A stretch of 28,308 nt of DNA, from IMG/VR virus record IMGVR_UViG_3300045988_152359; one strand, given 5' to 3'. Shown one piece after another: positions 9,950 through 19,417 of the stretch. Source of the stretch: a virus (Duplodnaviria > Heunggongvirae > Uroviricota > Caudoviricetes). Under the pieces are notes generated by a model that was not told the origin of the DNA, ran no database searches, and was given only the letters and a program-made list of their open reading frames with translations. Made by a program: the position numbers and the translations under genes. Position 1 is the stretch's first letter, and every line of letters starts with the position of its first letter.

Positions 9950-10273
9950 ATGCTTCTGACAATGGAAGATATTAAAGCCCAACTCCGGCTGGATGAGGAT
10001 TTCGATGCTGATGACCGCCATCTGCAACTGCTGGCCTGTGCGGCGCAAAAGCGGACGGAAACGTATCTGAACCGGAAGCTCTATGCACCGGATGAAACCA
10101 TTCCGGAGAGCGATCCGGACGGGCTGCACCTGCCGGATGATATTCGTCTGGGGATGCTGATGCTTATCAGCCATTTTTACGAAAACCGCTCGTCGGTTAC
10201 GGAAGTGGAGAAACTCGACATGCCGCAGAGTTTTGGCTGGCTTGTCGGCCCGTACAGGTACTTTCCGCAATGA
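9950..10273 (+). CDS. Head-tail connector / DNA-packaging protein (gp6-like)
   Basis: 107 aa; N-terminal motif EDIKAQLRLDEDFDADD typical of gp6-like connector proteins; conserved position after the capsid gene. Confidence 0.7.
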   Translation: MLLTMEDIKAQLRLDEDFDADDRHLQLLACAAQKRTETYLNRKLYAPDETIPESDPDGLHLPDDIRLGMLMLISHFYENRSSVTEVEKLDMPQSFGWLVGPYRYFPQ

Positions 10274-10680
10274 AAATTCGTCAGGCGCAGACCAGCGCAA
10301 CCTACATTCTGCCGGACCCCGGTGAACTGAATAAACGCGTCCTGATCCGCCTGCGGGTGGATATGCCCGCGGATAACTTTGGCGTGGAGCCTCAATACCC
10401 GGTTACGTTCCGGACATGGGCGAAGGTTATCCAGACCAGTGCCACCACCTGGCAGGAAACCGCGCAGACCGGGGACGCCATCACCCATTACATCACCATT
10501 CGTTACCGCCGGGGGATCACCGCTGATTATGAGGTGGTCTGCGGTGACAGTGTGTACCGGGTGAAACGTCAGCGCGATCTGAACGGGGCGCGGCGCTTTC
10601 TGCTGCTGGAGTGTACGGAGCTGGGCGAATGTAGGCAGAGTCACGGAGGCAGCAATGGCGACTCCCTTTTTTCACGTTGA
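10270..10680 (+). CDS. Head closure / head-tail adaptor protein
   Basis: 136 aa, translationally coupled (ATGA overlap) to the connector gene; position-based call. Confidence 0.6.
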   Translation: MKIRQAQTSATYILPDPGELNKRVLIRLRVDMPADNFGVEPQYPVTFRTWAKVIQTSATTWQETAQTGDAITHYITIRYRRGITADYEVVCGDSVYRVKRQRDLNGARRFLLLECTELGECRQSHGGSNGDSLFSR

Positions 10681-11161
10681 TGTTCAGCAGCCCGCCGAGA
10701 TGCGCTTTAACCGCGCCCGTGTCCGGCGGGCGTTTGTCACGATTGGGCAGCGTCATATGCGTGATGCCCGTCGGCTGGTGATGCGCCGTGCGCGGTCGGC
10801 ACCGGGTGAAAACCCCGGTTATCAGACCGGACGCCTGGCTCGTTCGATTGGTTATATGGTGCCGAGAGCCAGTAAAAAGCGAGCCGGTTTTATGACACGC
10901 ATTGCCCCTAACCAGCGCAACGGGAAGGGGAACCGGATGATCTCTGGTGACTTCTATCCGGCGTTTCTGTTTTTTGGTGTCCGGGGAGGAGCAAAACGTC
11001 GTCGTAGTCATCATCGTGGTGCATCCGGTGGCAGCGGCTGGCGACTGGCTCCACGTAATAACTTCATGGTGGAAGCGCTTGAAAAGAACCGCAGCTGGAC
11101 ACGCTATTTTCTGGCGCGGGAATTGCGTAAATCACTGAAGCCGGAGCGACGACACAGATGA
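10655..11161 (+). CDS. HK97 gp10-like neck/tail-component protein
   Basis: 168 aa, basic, overlapping the neighbouring genes; position in the neck module. Confidence 0.55.
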   Translation: MATPFFHVDVQQPAEMRFNRARVRRAFVTIGQRHMRDARRLVMRRARSAPGENPGYQTGRLARSIGYMVPRASKKRAGFMTRIAPNQRNGKGNRMISGDFYPAFLFFGVRGGAKRRRSHHRGASGGSGWRLAPRNNFMVEALEKNRSWTRYFLARELRKSLKPERRHR

Positions 11162-11718
11162 AACTGACGCCTGTTATTGCTGCGCTGCGTGCCCGCTGCC
11201 CGTATTTTGAAAACCGGGTGGCAGGCGCGGCACAGTTCAAAAATCTGCCGGAGGTCGGAAAGCTGAGACTCCCGGCGGCGTATGTGGTACCGGGTGATGA
11301 CTCTCCGGGAGAAAACAAAAGCCAGACCGACTACTGGCAGGAGCTGAAAGAGGGCTTCTCCGTGGTTGTCATACTGAGTAACGGGCGTGATGAGCGCGGT
11401 CAGTTTGCCTCGTATGATGTGGTGGACGATGTCCGGCAGATGCTCTTTAAGGCCCTGCTGGGCTGGAACCCGGAAGCGTGCGGTAACCCGATTACCTATG
11501 ACGGCGGCACGCTGCTGGATCTGAATCGTCATGAGCTGATTTATCAGTTCGATTTTTCGGTCATCAGCGAGCTGACTGAAGACGATACCCGCCAGCAGGA
11601 TGATCTGAACAGTCTGGATGAACTGCAAACGCTGGCGATTGATGTTGATTATCTCGAGCCCGGTAACGGGCCTGACGGCGATATCGAACATCACACCGAA
11701 ATAACCCTTCCTTCCTGA
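11158..11718 (+). CDS. Tail completion / tail terminator-like protein
   Basis: 186 aa, ATGA-coupled to the upstream gene and immediately before the sheath gene cluster; position-based call. Confidence 0.5.
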   Translation: MKLTPVIAALRARCPYFENRVAGAAQFKNLPEVGKLRLPAAYVVPGDDSPGENKSQTDYWQELKEGFSVVVILSNGRDERGQFASYDVVDDVRQMLFKALLGWNPEACGNPITYDGGTLLDLNRHELIYQFDFSVISELTEDDTRQQDDLNSLDELQTLAIDVDYLEPGNGPDGDIEHHTEITLPS

Positions 11719-11726
11719 GGATCCTC

Positions 11727-11897
11727 ATGTTTGTCAAACCTGTTAAAGGGCGGTCAGTGCCTGACCCTGCCCGCGGCGACCTTTTGCCCGCCGAAGGGCG
11801 AAATGTTGATGAGAACAACTACTGGCTGCGCCGTGAAGCAGCGGGTGATATCCGGCGCGTGAATAAAAAGGTGAACACCGATGACGATAAGCTTTAA
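11727..11897 (+). CDS. Small conserved protein preceding the tail sheath (DUF2635-like), not in the ORF track
   Basis: 56-aa ORF MFVKPVKGRSVPDPARGDLLPAEGRNVDENNYWLRREAAGDIRRV..., GAGG RBS 6 nt upstream, 3' end overlaps the sheath start; this family (as I recall it) is typical upstream of Mu-like sheath genes. Confidence 0.5.
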   Translation: MFVKPVKGRSVPDPARGDLLPAEGRNVDENNYWLRREAAGDIRRVNKKVNTDDDKL

Positions 11898-13377
11898 CAC
11901 CATTACGTCGAATACGCTGGTTCCGCTGTTTTATGCGGAAATGGATAACCAGGCGGCGAATACTGCACAGGACAGCGGGGCATCGTTGCTGATTGGTCAC
12001 GCCAATAACGGTGCAGAGATTGTTGCCAACAGTCTGGTGCTGATGCCGTCGGCAGACTATGCACGCCAGATTTGTGGTGCGGGAAGTCAGCTGGCGCGTA
12101 TGGTCGAGGCTTATCGCCAGACCGACCCGTTTGGCGAGCTGTATGTGATTGCCGTTCCGGAAGCCACAGGCGCGGCGGCAACGGTTACGCTGACAGTGAC
12201 CGGGGCGGCAACCGAAACCGGCACGGTGAATGTTTATGTGGGACGTACCCGCGTGCAGGCACCGGTGACCAACGGCGATAACGTCACGACGATTGCCAGC
12301 AGTATCAAAGATGCCATTAATGCCGTTCCGGCCCTGCCGTTTACGGCCTCATCTTCGGCAGGCGTGGTCACGCTGACCGCGCGTCATAAGGGGCTTTGCG
12401 GGAATGAAATTCCTGTCAGCCTCAATTACTACGGCTTTGGTGGGGGCGAAGTGCTGCCAGCGGGCGTACAGATTGCTGTGGCGACGGGGAGCGCCGGAAC
12501 GGGCGCTCCGGTTCTCACCGGCGCGGTGGCTGCAATGGCGGATGAGCCGTTTGATTATATTGGCCTGCCGTTCAACGACACGGCCTCCGTTAACACGCTG
12601 GTGACAGAGATGAACGATACCAGCGGTCGCTGGAGCTATGCGCGTCAGCTGTATGGTCATGTGTATACGGCAAAGATCGGCACGCTGTCAGAACTGGTGA
12701 ACGCAGGTGACCAGTTTAACCAGCAGCACATTACCCTGGCGGGATACGAAAAAGAGACCCAGACGCCTGCCGACGAGCTGGCGGCAAGCCGTACCGCCCG
12801 CGCAGCGGTGTTTATTCGCAACGATCCGGCACGTCCCACGCAGACCGGTGAGCTGGTGGGTATGCTGCCTGCGCCGAAGGGGAAACGGTTCACGATGACC
12901 GAACAACAGACCCTGCTGTCTCATGGCGTGGCAACGGCGTATGTCGAAAGCGGGGTGCTGCGCATTCAGCGTGATGTCACCACGTACAGGAAAAACGCTT
13001 ACGGTGTTGTGGATAACAGCTACCTCGACAGCGAGACGCTGCATACCAGCGCGTATGTGCTGCGCAAACTGAAATCCGTCATTACCAGTAAGTACGGGCG
13101 TCACAAGCTTGCCAGCGACGGTACCCGCTTTGGTCCCGGTCAGGCGATTGTCACACCGGCGGTGATCAAAGGGGAACTGCTGGCAACCTACCGTCAGCTT
13201 GAGCGTGCGGGGATCGTGGAAAACTACGAACTGTTTAAGCAGTACCTGGTTGTGGAGCGTGATGCCAGCGATCCGAACCGCCTGAACACGCTGTTCCCGC
13301 CTGACTATGTTAACCAGTTGCGTGTTTTTGCCGTGGTTAACCAGTTCCGTCTTCAGTATTCAGAGGAGTCTGCATAA
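11881..13377 (+). CDS. Contractile tail sheath protein (Mu gpL-like)
   Basis: 498 aa, followed by a small tube gene, the frameshifted chaperone pair and the tape measure gene - the canonical myovirus order. Confidence 0.85.
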   Translation: MTISFNTITSNTLVPLFYAEMDNQAANTAQDSGASLLIGHANNGAEIVANSLVLMPSADYARQICGAGSQLARMVEAYRQTDPFGELYVIAVPEATGAAATVTLTVTGAATETGTVNVYVGRTRVQAPVTNGDNVTTIASSIKDAINAVPALPFTASSSAGVVTLTARHKGLCGNEIPVSLNYYGFGGGEVLPAGVQIAVATGSAGTGAPVLTGAVAAMADEPFDYIGLPFNDTASVNTLVTEMNDTSGRWSYARQLYGHVYTAKIGTLSELVNAGDQFNQQHITLAGYEKETQTPADELAASRTARAAVFIRNDPARPTQTGELVGMLPAPKGKRFTMTEQQTLLSHGVATAYVESGVLRIQRDVTTYRKNAYGVVDNSYLDSETLHTSAYVLRKLKSVITSKYGRHKLASDGTRFGPGQAIVTPAVIKGELLATYRQLERAGIVENYELFKQYLVVERDASDPNRLNTLFPPDYVNQLRVFAVVNQFRLQYSEESA

Positions 13378-13733
13378 TGGCCCGTATCGGGGGAACCTGT
13401 TATTTCAAAATTGACGGTCAGCAGCTATCGCTGACCGGCGGCATTGAGGTGCCCATGAACAGGACGGTCAATGATGACATCATCGGCCTGGACGGTTCAG
13501 TGGACCGCAAGGAAACTCACCGTGCGCCTTATGTTAAAGGGACCTTCAAGGTGCCGAAGAATTTTCCGGTGAGCAAAATCACCTCGTCTGATGAGATGAC
13601 CATCACAGCCGAGCTGGCGAACGGTCAGGTCTATGTACTGTCGTCTGCCTGGCTGCACGGCGAAGCAAACCATAATGCCGAAGAAGGGACGGTTGATCTT
13701 GAGTTCCACGGTGAAGAAGGGGATTACCAGTAA
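13377..13733 (+). CDS. Tail tube protein (Mu gpM-like)
   Basis: 118 aa, ATGA-coupled to the sheath gene. Confidence 0.8.
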   Translation: MARIGGTCYFKIDGQQLSLTGGIEVPMNRTVNDDIIGLDGSVDRKETHRAPYVKGTFKVPKNFPVSKITSSDEMTITAELANGQVYVLSSAWLHGEANHNAEEGTVDLEFHGEEGDYQ

Positions 13734-14002
13734 TGAAAGAGCTTGAGTTAAAGAAACCGATTACCGCTCATGGCGAGACACTCTCCGTACTGGAGTTTGA
13801 TGAGCCCACCGGGAAAGATGTCCGCGAGCTGGGGTATCCCTACCAGATGAATCAGGATGAGTCCGTCAGACTTCTGGCGCATGTGGTATCGAAATACATT
13901 GTGCGGCTGGCGAAAGTGCCGCAAAGCTCTGTCGACCAGATGTCTCCGGCAGACCTGAATGCAGCGGCGTGGCTTGTGGCTGGTTTTTTCCTCCAGGCCT
14001 GA
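13733..14002 (+). CDS. Tail assembly chaperone (G-like, upstream frame)
   Basis: 89 aa immediately before the tape measure gene; ends in a slippery run; overlaps a -1 frame ORF. Confidence 0.75.
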   Translation: MKELELKKPITAHGETLSVLEFDEPTGKDVRELGYPYQMNQDESVRLLAHVVSKYIVRLAKVPQSSVDQMSPADLNAAAWLVAGFFLQA

Positions 14003-14151
14003 CGGCTGAATACCTCACTGATCGCTTCTTTGACTGCGCCAGTTACTGGCGCATTAATCCTTTCGAATTGCTGAATATGCCGATCAGTGAAATTCCCTTG
14101 CTGGTCAGTCAGGCAAACAGGATAGAGCAGGAGAAACGCACACATGGCTGA
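13969..14151 (+). CDS. Tail assembly chaperone frameshift extension (T-like part; expressed as a fusion from 13733 by -1 programmed frameshift)
   Basis: ORF in the -1 frame relative to 13733..14002; slippery heptamer T_TTT_TTC at 13984-13990 within the overlap; ends 8 nt into the tape measure gene. Confidence 0.65.
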   Translation: MACGWFFPPGLTAEYLTDRFFDCASYWRINPFELLNMPISEIPLLVSQANRIEQEKRTHG

Positions 14152-15979
14152 ATTTGAGCTTAAGGCGTTGATCACCGGTGTCGACAGGCTTTCTCCGGCG
14201 CTGTCGAAAATGCAAAAGAAAATCCGGGGATTTAAACGCCAGGCGGAAGAAGCGTCACAGGGTGGGCTGGCGCTTGGTGGCGGACTGGCAGCGGGTCTGA
14301 CGCTTTCCCTGAAATCTTATGCCGATCAGGAAAACGCCGCCACCGGGCTGAAAGTCGCCATGATGGATGCGAACGGCGAGGTCGGAAAGAGCTTTCAGGA
14401 CATCAATAAACTGGCTATTGGCCTGGGTAACCAGCTACCCGGTACAACGGCTGATTTTCAGAACATGATGCAGATGCTGGTGCGTCAGGGGATCCCGGCA
14501 GAAAACATTCTGGGCGGTGTGGGTAAAGCGACGGCTTATCTTGCGGTACAACTGAAAAAAACACCGGAAGCGGCTGCTGAGTTTGCCGCAAAGATGCAGG
14601 ATGCTACCGGAACGGCGTCAGAAGACATGATGGGGCTGTTCGACACTATCCAGAAGGCGTTTTATCTGGGCGTTGACGATACCAACATGTTGTCCTTCTT
14701 CACTAAAACCAGCTCTGTTCTGAAGATGGTGAACAAGGACGGTCTTCAGGCTGCACAGAGCCTTGCCCCCATCAGCGTCATGATGGATCAGATGGGGATG
14801 AACGGGGAGTCGGCAGGTAACGCCCTGCGAAAAGTTATCCAGTCCGGATTAAGCGTTAAGAAAATCAGGGACGTCAATAAAATCATGGCCCGCCAGAAAC
14901 TCGGGGTACAGCTCGATTTTACTGACGGCAAAGGGAGTTTTGGCGGTCTTGATAACATGTTCAGGCAACTGGCAAAGCTGCGAAAACTGACCGACGTTAA
15001 ACGAACTGGTGTACTTAAGGCAATATTTGGTGATGATGCCGAAACCCTTCAGGTGGTCAATGCGCTGATCGATAAAGGAAAGGATGGCTACGATCAGATC
15101 CAGCAGAAGATGAATAAACAGGCCAGCCTGAATAAACGTGTTCAGGCACAGCTTGGTACGCTGTCCAACCTGTGGGAGGCAATGACGGGGACCGCAACTA
15201 ACGGCCTTGCGGCTATTGGCGGCGCATTTTCTGGTGACGCTAAAAATATCACGCAATGGCTGGGGGAGTTGGGGGAGAAATTCACGAAGTTTGCGGATGA
15301 AAATCCCCGGGTTATTCGCGGCGTCGTCGGGCTTGCTGCTGGTCTTGCGATTCTGAAACTGGGATTGATGGGCGTTGGCGGTGCCATCAGTATTGTCAGC
15401 AGGATCATGTCGATGACGCCGATTGGCATGATTGCGACGGCGATAGCCCTGGCTGCGGGATTAATTATCACTAACTGGGATGTTGTCGGACCTTATTTTA
15501 AGAAACTCTGGGAAACCATTGGTCCTTATTTTGAGGCTGGCTGGGAACTCCTTAAGAAAGTTTTTGCCTGGTCGCCGCTGGGGATGGTGATCAATAACTG
15601 GGGGCCGGTTGTTAAGTGGTTTCAGGATATGTGGGACAAGCTGAAGCCAATTATTGAGTGGTTTACCGACAGTTCCGGTGACACGGTCGATGCCATTAAC
15701 TCTGCGCAGTGGGGCGCGGGTGCTTATGATGCTTATGGGACGGGAATACCGGCGCGGGGATACACACCTTATCCGGCGGTAGATCCGGCTCAGTCAAACA
15801 ACGCCTCCGGTGCCACAGGCCCGAATCCCTTCATGATTAACAAAGCTTCTGCGCCAAAAGTTGATGGTGAGATCAAGGTCTCTTTTATGAATTCGCCTCC
15901 GGGTATGCGGGTTATGGAAACGCGATCCAGCGGTTTTGATGTCAGCCATGATGTTGGCTATACGCGCTTTGGCAGGTAA
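14144..15979 (+). CDS. Tail tape measure protein
   Basis: 611 aa, Ala/Gly/Leu-rich helical protein with hydrophobic segments, directly downstream of the chaperone pair. Confidence 0.9.
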   Translation: MAEFELKALITGVDRLSPALSKMQKKIRGFKRQAEEASQGGLALGGGLAAGLTLSLKSYADQENAATGLKVAMMDANGEVGKSFQDINKLAIGLGNQLPGTTADFQNMMQMLVRQGIPAENILGGVGKATAYLAVQLKKTPEAAAEFAAKMQDATGTASEDMMGLFDTIQKAFYLGVDDTNMLSFFTKTSSVLKMVNKDGLQAAQSLAPISVMMDQMGMNGESAGNALRKVIQSGLSVKKIRDVNKIMARQKLGVQLDFTDGKGSFGGLDNMFRQLAKLRKLTDVKRTGVLKAIFGDDAETLQVVNALIDKGKDGYDQIQQKMNKQASLNKRVQAQLGTLSNLWEAMTGTATNGLAAIGGAFSGDAKNITQWLGELGEKFTKFADENPRVIRGVVGLAAGLAILKLGLMGVGGAISIVSRIMSMTPIGMIATAIALAAGLIITNWDVVGPYFKKLWETIGPYFEAGWELLKKVFAWSPLGMVINNWGPVVKWFQDMWDKLKPIIEWFTDSSGDTVDAINSAQWGAGAYDAYGTGIPARGYTPYPAVDPAQSNNASGATGPNPFMINKASAPKVDGEIKVSFMNSPPGMRVMETRSSGFDVSHDVGYTRFGR

Positions 15980-16039
15980 TGAAAAATTAATCTGTTAATG
16001 AGTCCCACTCCGGTGGGATTTTTTATGTACGGAGTTTAT

Positions 16040-17368
16040 ATGACGTGGAAAGACAGACTTCAGGACGCGTCATTTCGCGGTGTGCCGTTTAAGGTTGAAG
16101 AAGAAAGTGCGGGAACCGGTCGTCGTGTGGAAACGCACGAATACCCGAACCGCGACAAACCCTATACCGAAGACCTGGGGAAAATCACTTTCCGCCCGTC
16201 CATCACAGCTTATGTGGTGGGAGATGACTGCTTTGACCAGCGCGATCGCCTGATTGACGCGCTGAATAAACCCGGTCCCGGCACGTTTGTCCATCCGACT
16301 TACGGTGAGCTGAAAGTCTGTGTTGACGGGGAAGTTCGGGTCAGCACATCGAAGAGTGAAGGGCGTATTGTCCGCTTTGACCTGAAGTTTGTCGAAGCGG
16401 GAGAACTCTCTTACCCCACTTCAGGTGCGGCGACGGCGCAGACGCTGATGTCATCCTGTTCTGCACTGGATGACTGCATCAGTGACAGCTTCAGTGGTTT
16501 CAGTATCGATGGCGTGGCAGATTTTGTGCAGAACGACGTCGTCGGTAATGCCAGCACAATGCTTGGGTATGTTTCTGATGCGATGAAAGTGGTGGATTCT
16601 GCCGTATCGGATGCCGCCAGGCTGTTGCAGGGGGATATCTCGGTACTTCTGCCGCCGCCATCGTCAGGCAAAAATTTCGTTGAGCAGGTGCAGAAAATGT
16701 GGCGTACCGGGAAACGCCTTTATGGTAACGCCAGCGACCTGGTCACCATGATCAAAACGCTTTCCGGTGTCAGCCTCGGCAGCGATCTGCAACCGCGCGG
16801 CGTCTGGAAAACGGACAGTAAAACCAACGCCACGGCGACGCAGCAGCGTAACGTGGTTGCCAGCACCCTTCGTACGACCGCAATCAGCGAAGCGGCGTAT
16901 GCCGTCACACGATTGCCTGCGCCCACAACTTCCGCGGTGATGCAGAATGCCACAATGGGGCAGTCAACAACACCCGCGCAGAGCACCGGCTGGCCTTCTG
17001 TCACGCATCCGGCACTGAACAATGCACCGGCGGTGAAAAACACGGTTGACCTGCCAACGTGGGAAGAACTGACCGACATTCGCGACACACTGAATACGGC
17101 AATTGATAAGGAGTTGTCCCGTACAACCAGTGATGCGCTGTTTCTGGCGCTGCGCCGGGTGAAAGCAGATCTGAATGCGGATATCAACACGCGCCTTGAA
17201 CAGTCTGCACGGATCATTCAGCGCACGCCGGATGAGGTTTTACCCGCGCTGGTGCTGGCGGCGACCTTGTTTGATAACGCGGCGCGTGACGCGGACATTA
17301 TCCGGCGTAATGCCATTACGCATCCCGGCTTTGTGCCGGTGATCCCTCTGAAGGTGCCAGTGCAATGA
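16040..17368 (+). CDS. Mu gpN-like DNA circularisation protein (tail/baseplate-associated)
   Basis: N-terminus MTWKDRLQDASFRGVPFKVEEESAGTGRRVETHEYPNRDKPYTEDLG matches the gpN-family motif; GGAG RBS before ATG 16040 (track start 15998 rejected). Confidence 0.8.
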   Translation: MTWKDRLQDASFRGVPFKVEEESAGTGRRVETHEYPNRDKPYTEDLGKITFRPSITAYVVGDDCFDQRDRLIDALNKPGPGTFVHPTYGELKVCVDGEVRVSTSKSEGRIVRFDLKFVEAGELSYPTSGAATAQTLMSSCSALDDCISDSFSGFSIDGVADFVQNDVVGNASTMLGYVSDAMKVVDSAVSDAARLLQGDISVLLPPPSSGKNFVEQVQKMWRTGKRLYGNASDLVTMIKTLSGVSLGSDLQPRGVWKTDSKTNATATQQRNVVASTLRTTAISEAAYAVTRLPAPTTSAVMQNATMGQSTTPAQSTGWPSVTHPALNNAPAVKNTVDLPTWEELTDIRDTLNTAIDKELSRTTSDALFLALRRVKADLNADINTRLEQSARIIQRTPDEVLPALVLAATLFDNAARDADIIRRNAITHPGFVPVIPLKVPVQ

Positions 17369-18444
17369 ACGACAATGTCACGCTACGGGTAAATGGCCGG
17401 GAGTGGAATGGCTGGACATCGGTGCGCATCGGTGCCGGTGTTGAACGACTGGCGCGGGATTTCAGTGTGGAGATCACCCGCCAGTGGCCGGGAGATGAGG
17501 GTATTACCACGCTTCAGTCGCGCATTAAAAACGGTTCAAAAGTGGAGGTGCTGATTGGTGATGAGCTGGTGATCACCGGCTGGGTGGAGGCGACGCCCGT
17601 TCGTTACGATGCCCGTTCGGTCAGCACCGGTATTGCCGGACGTAGTCTGACGGCTGACCTGATTGACTGTGCAGCCGAACCGACACAGTTTAACGGACGC
17701 TCGCTGGTGCAGATTGCGCAGGCGCTTGCTGCGCCTTTCGGCATTGAGGTGGTGAACAGCGGTGCGCCGTCGGGTGTTATTCCTGATGTTCAGCCTGATC
17801 ACGGTGAAACGGTGATTGAGGTAATCAACAAAATACTCGGTCAGCAGCAGGCACTGGCTTACGACGACCCGCACGGCAGGCTGGTGATTGGCGGTATTGG
17901 CTCAACGCGGGCACATACTGCGCTGGTACTCGGGGAAAACATCCTTTCCTGTGATACGGAGAAGAGTATCCGGGAGCGGTTTTCAGTTTACCAGGTGGCG
18001 GGGCAGCGTGCCGGAAACGACGATGATTTCGGTGAGGCCACCACCACCGCGCTGCGAGCCCGCACAGAGGACGCATTTATTGCCCGTTACCGTCCGATGT
18101 ATATCAGGCAGACAGGGCAGGCTACGGGGGCAGGCTGTATTGCCCGTGCGGACTTTGAAGCCCGACTACGGGCGGCGCGGACGGATGAAACCACCTATGT
18201 GGTGCAGGGCTGGCGACAGGGTAACGGTACGCTGTGGCAGCCCAACCAGCGGGTGATTGTCTTCGATCCGGTCTGTGGTTTCGACAATACCGAACTGCTT
18301 GTTTCGGAAGTCACGTTTACTCAGGACCAGAACGGCACCCTGACGGAAATCCGTGTCGGCCCGCCTGATGCTTATCTGCCTGAACCCGAAGCCCCCGGCG
18401 CGCGAAAAAAGAAAAAAGCCAGAGTACAGGAGGACCCGTTCTGA
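17365..18444 (+). CDS. Mu gpP-like baseplate hub / tail protein
   Basis: 359 aa, ATGA-coupled to the gpN-like gene; conserved order N-P-baseplate. Confidence 0.75.
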   Translation: MNDNVTLRVNGREWNGWTSVRIGAGVERLARDFSVEITRQWPGDEGITTLQSRIKNGSKVEVLIGDELVITGWVEATPVRYDARSVSTGIAGRSLTADLIDCAAEPTQFNGRSLVQIAQALAAPFGIEVVNSGAPSGVIPDVQPDHGETVIEVINKILGQQQALAYDDPHGRLVIGGIGSTRAHTALVLGENILSCDTEKSIRERFSVYQVAGQRAGNDDDFGEATTTALRARTEDAFIARYRPMYIRQTGQATGAGCIARADFEARLRAARTDETTYVVQGWRQGNGTLWQPNQRVIVFDPVCGFDNTELLVSEVTFTQDQNGTLTEIRVGPPDAYLPEPEAPGARKKKKARVQEDPF

Positions 18445-18992
18445 TGAGGACGATTGAAGCCATGCAGCGACAACTCCTCGGCCTGATTGGGCGGGCCGTG
18501 GTGAAAAGCATCAGTGCCGCCACGAAATGTCAGACCGTGGATGTGTCCCTGATTGCCGGTGAACCCAAAGCTGGGGTTGAACATCTTGAACCCTACGGTT
18601 TTACCGCAAGGGCAAACAGCGGTGCGGAAGCGGTGGTGTTGTTTCCGGATGGCGACCGTTCTCATGCGGTGGTTGTTACGGTGTCGGACCGGCGCTACCG
18701 CCTGAAAGGGCTGCAGACGGGTGAGGTGGCTGTCTATGACGATCAGGGGCAGTCCGTGACGCTGACCCGGGAGGGGATCGTGGTGGACGGTGCAGGTAAA
18801 ACGATCACGTTTCGCAATGCACCTGAAGCACGTTTTGAAATGGACCTGGAAGTGACAGGACAGGTGAAAGACCTGTGCGACTCCGGCGGCACCACCATGT
18901 CAGCGATGCGGCTTGCCTATAACGGGCATCGTCACAGAGAGAACGGTCAGGGCAGTAACACCGACAAACCTGATAAAGCGATGGAGGCATGA
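18444..18992 (+). CDS. Baseplate assembly protein V-like (spike, Mu gp45-like)
   Basis: 182 aa; position after the gpP-like gene. Confidence 0.7.
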   Translation: MRTIEAMQRQLLGLIGRAVVKSISAATKCQTVDVSLIAGEPKAGVEHLEPYGFTARANSGAEAVVLFPDGDRSHAVVVTVSDRRYRLKGLQTGEVAVYDDQGQSVTLTREGIVVDGAGKTITFRNAPEARFEMDLEVTGQVKDLCDSGGTTMSAMRLAYNGHRHRENGQGSNTDKPDKAMEA

Positions 18993-19417
18993 TGGAACTG
19001 TGGCTGACGGTGAACGGTAAACGCACCTGCGCCAGCGCACCGCTGGATCCGCTGACCCGCGCCGTGGTGATTTCCCTGTTTACCTGGCGGCGGGCGGAGC
19101 CTGATGACAACGCCGACGTCCCGATGGGATGGTGGGGGGATACCTGGCCTGCGGTACAGAATGACCGTTACGGCTCCCGACTGTGGCTGCTTCAGCGCAG
19201 CAAACTGACCAATCAGCTGGTGCAGACGGTAAGGGGGTATATCCGCGAATGCCTGCAATGGATGGTTGATGACGGCGTGGTGTCCCGTATTGATCTGGAT
19301 ATCCGCCGCACCGGGATTAATGAACTGGGTAACAGTATCACTCTCTGGCGTCGTGACGGACCGGTAATGATTTCTTTTGATGATCTGTGGAGTGCGATAA
19401 CGCATGGCGGACAGTGA
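18989..19417 (+). CDS. Baseplate protein, GP46 family
   Basis: 142 aa, ATGA-coupled; conserved position between the V-like and J-like baseplate genes. Confidence 0.7.
   Translation: MMELWLTVNGKRTCASAPLDPLTRAVVISLFTWRRAEPDDNADVPMGWWGDTWPAVQNDRYGSRLWLLQRSKLTNQLVQTVRGYIRECLQWMVDDGVVSRIDLDIRRTGINELGNSITLWRRDGPVMISFDDLWSAITHGGQ

Noticed and set aside
10517-11694. Long minus-strand ORFs (165 and 196 aa) opposite the neck genes
   Set aside because: Antisense to the co-oriented, translationally coupled plus-strand gene chain; Arg/Pro-rich shadow frames.
16720-17874. Minus-strand ORFs (165 and 112 aa) opposite the gpN/gpP-like genes
   Set aside because: Antisense shadow ORFs inside conserved tail genes.
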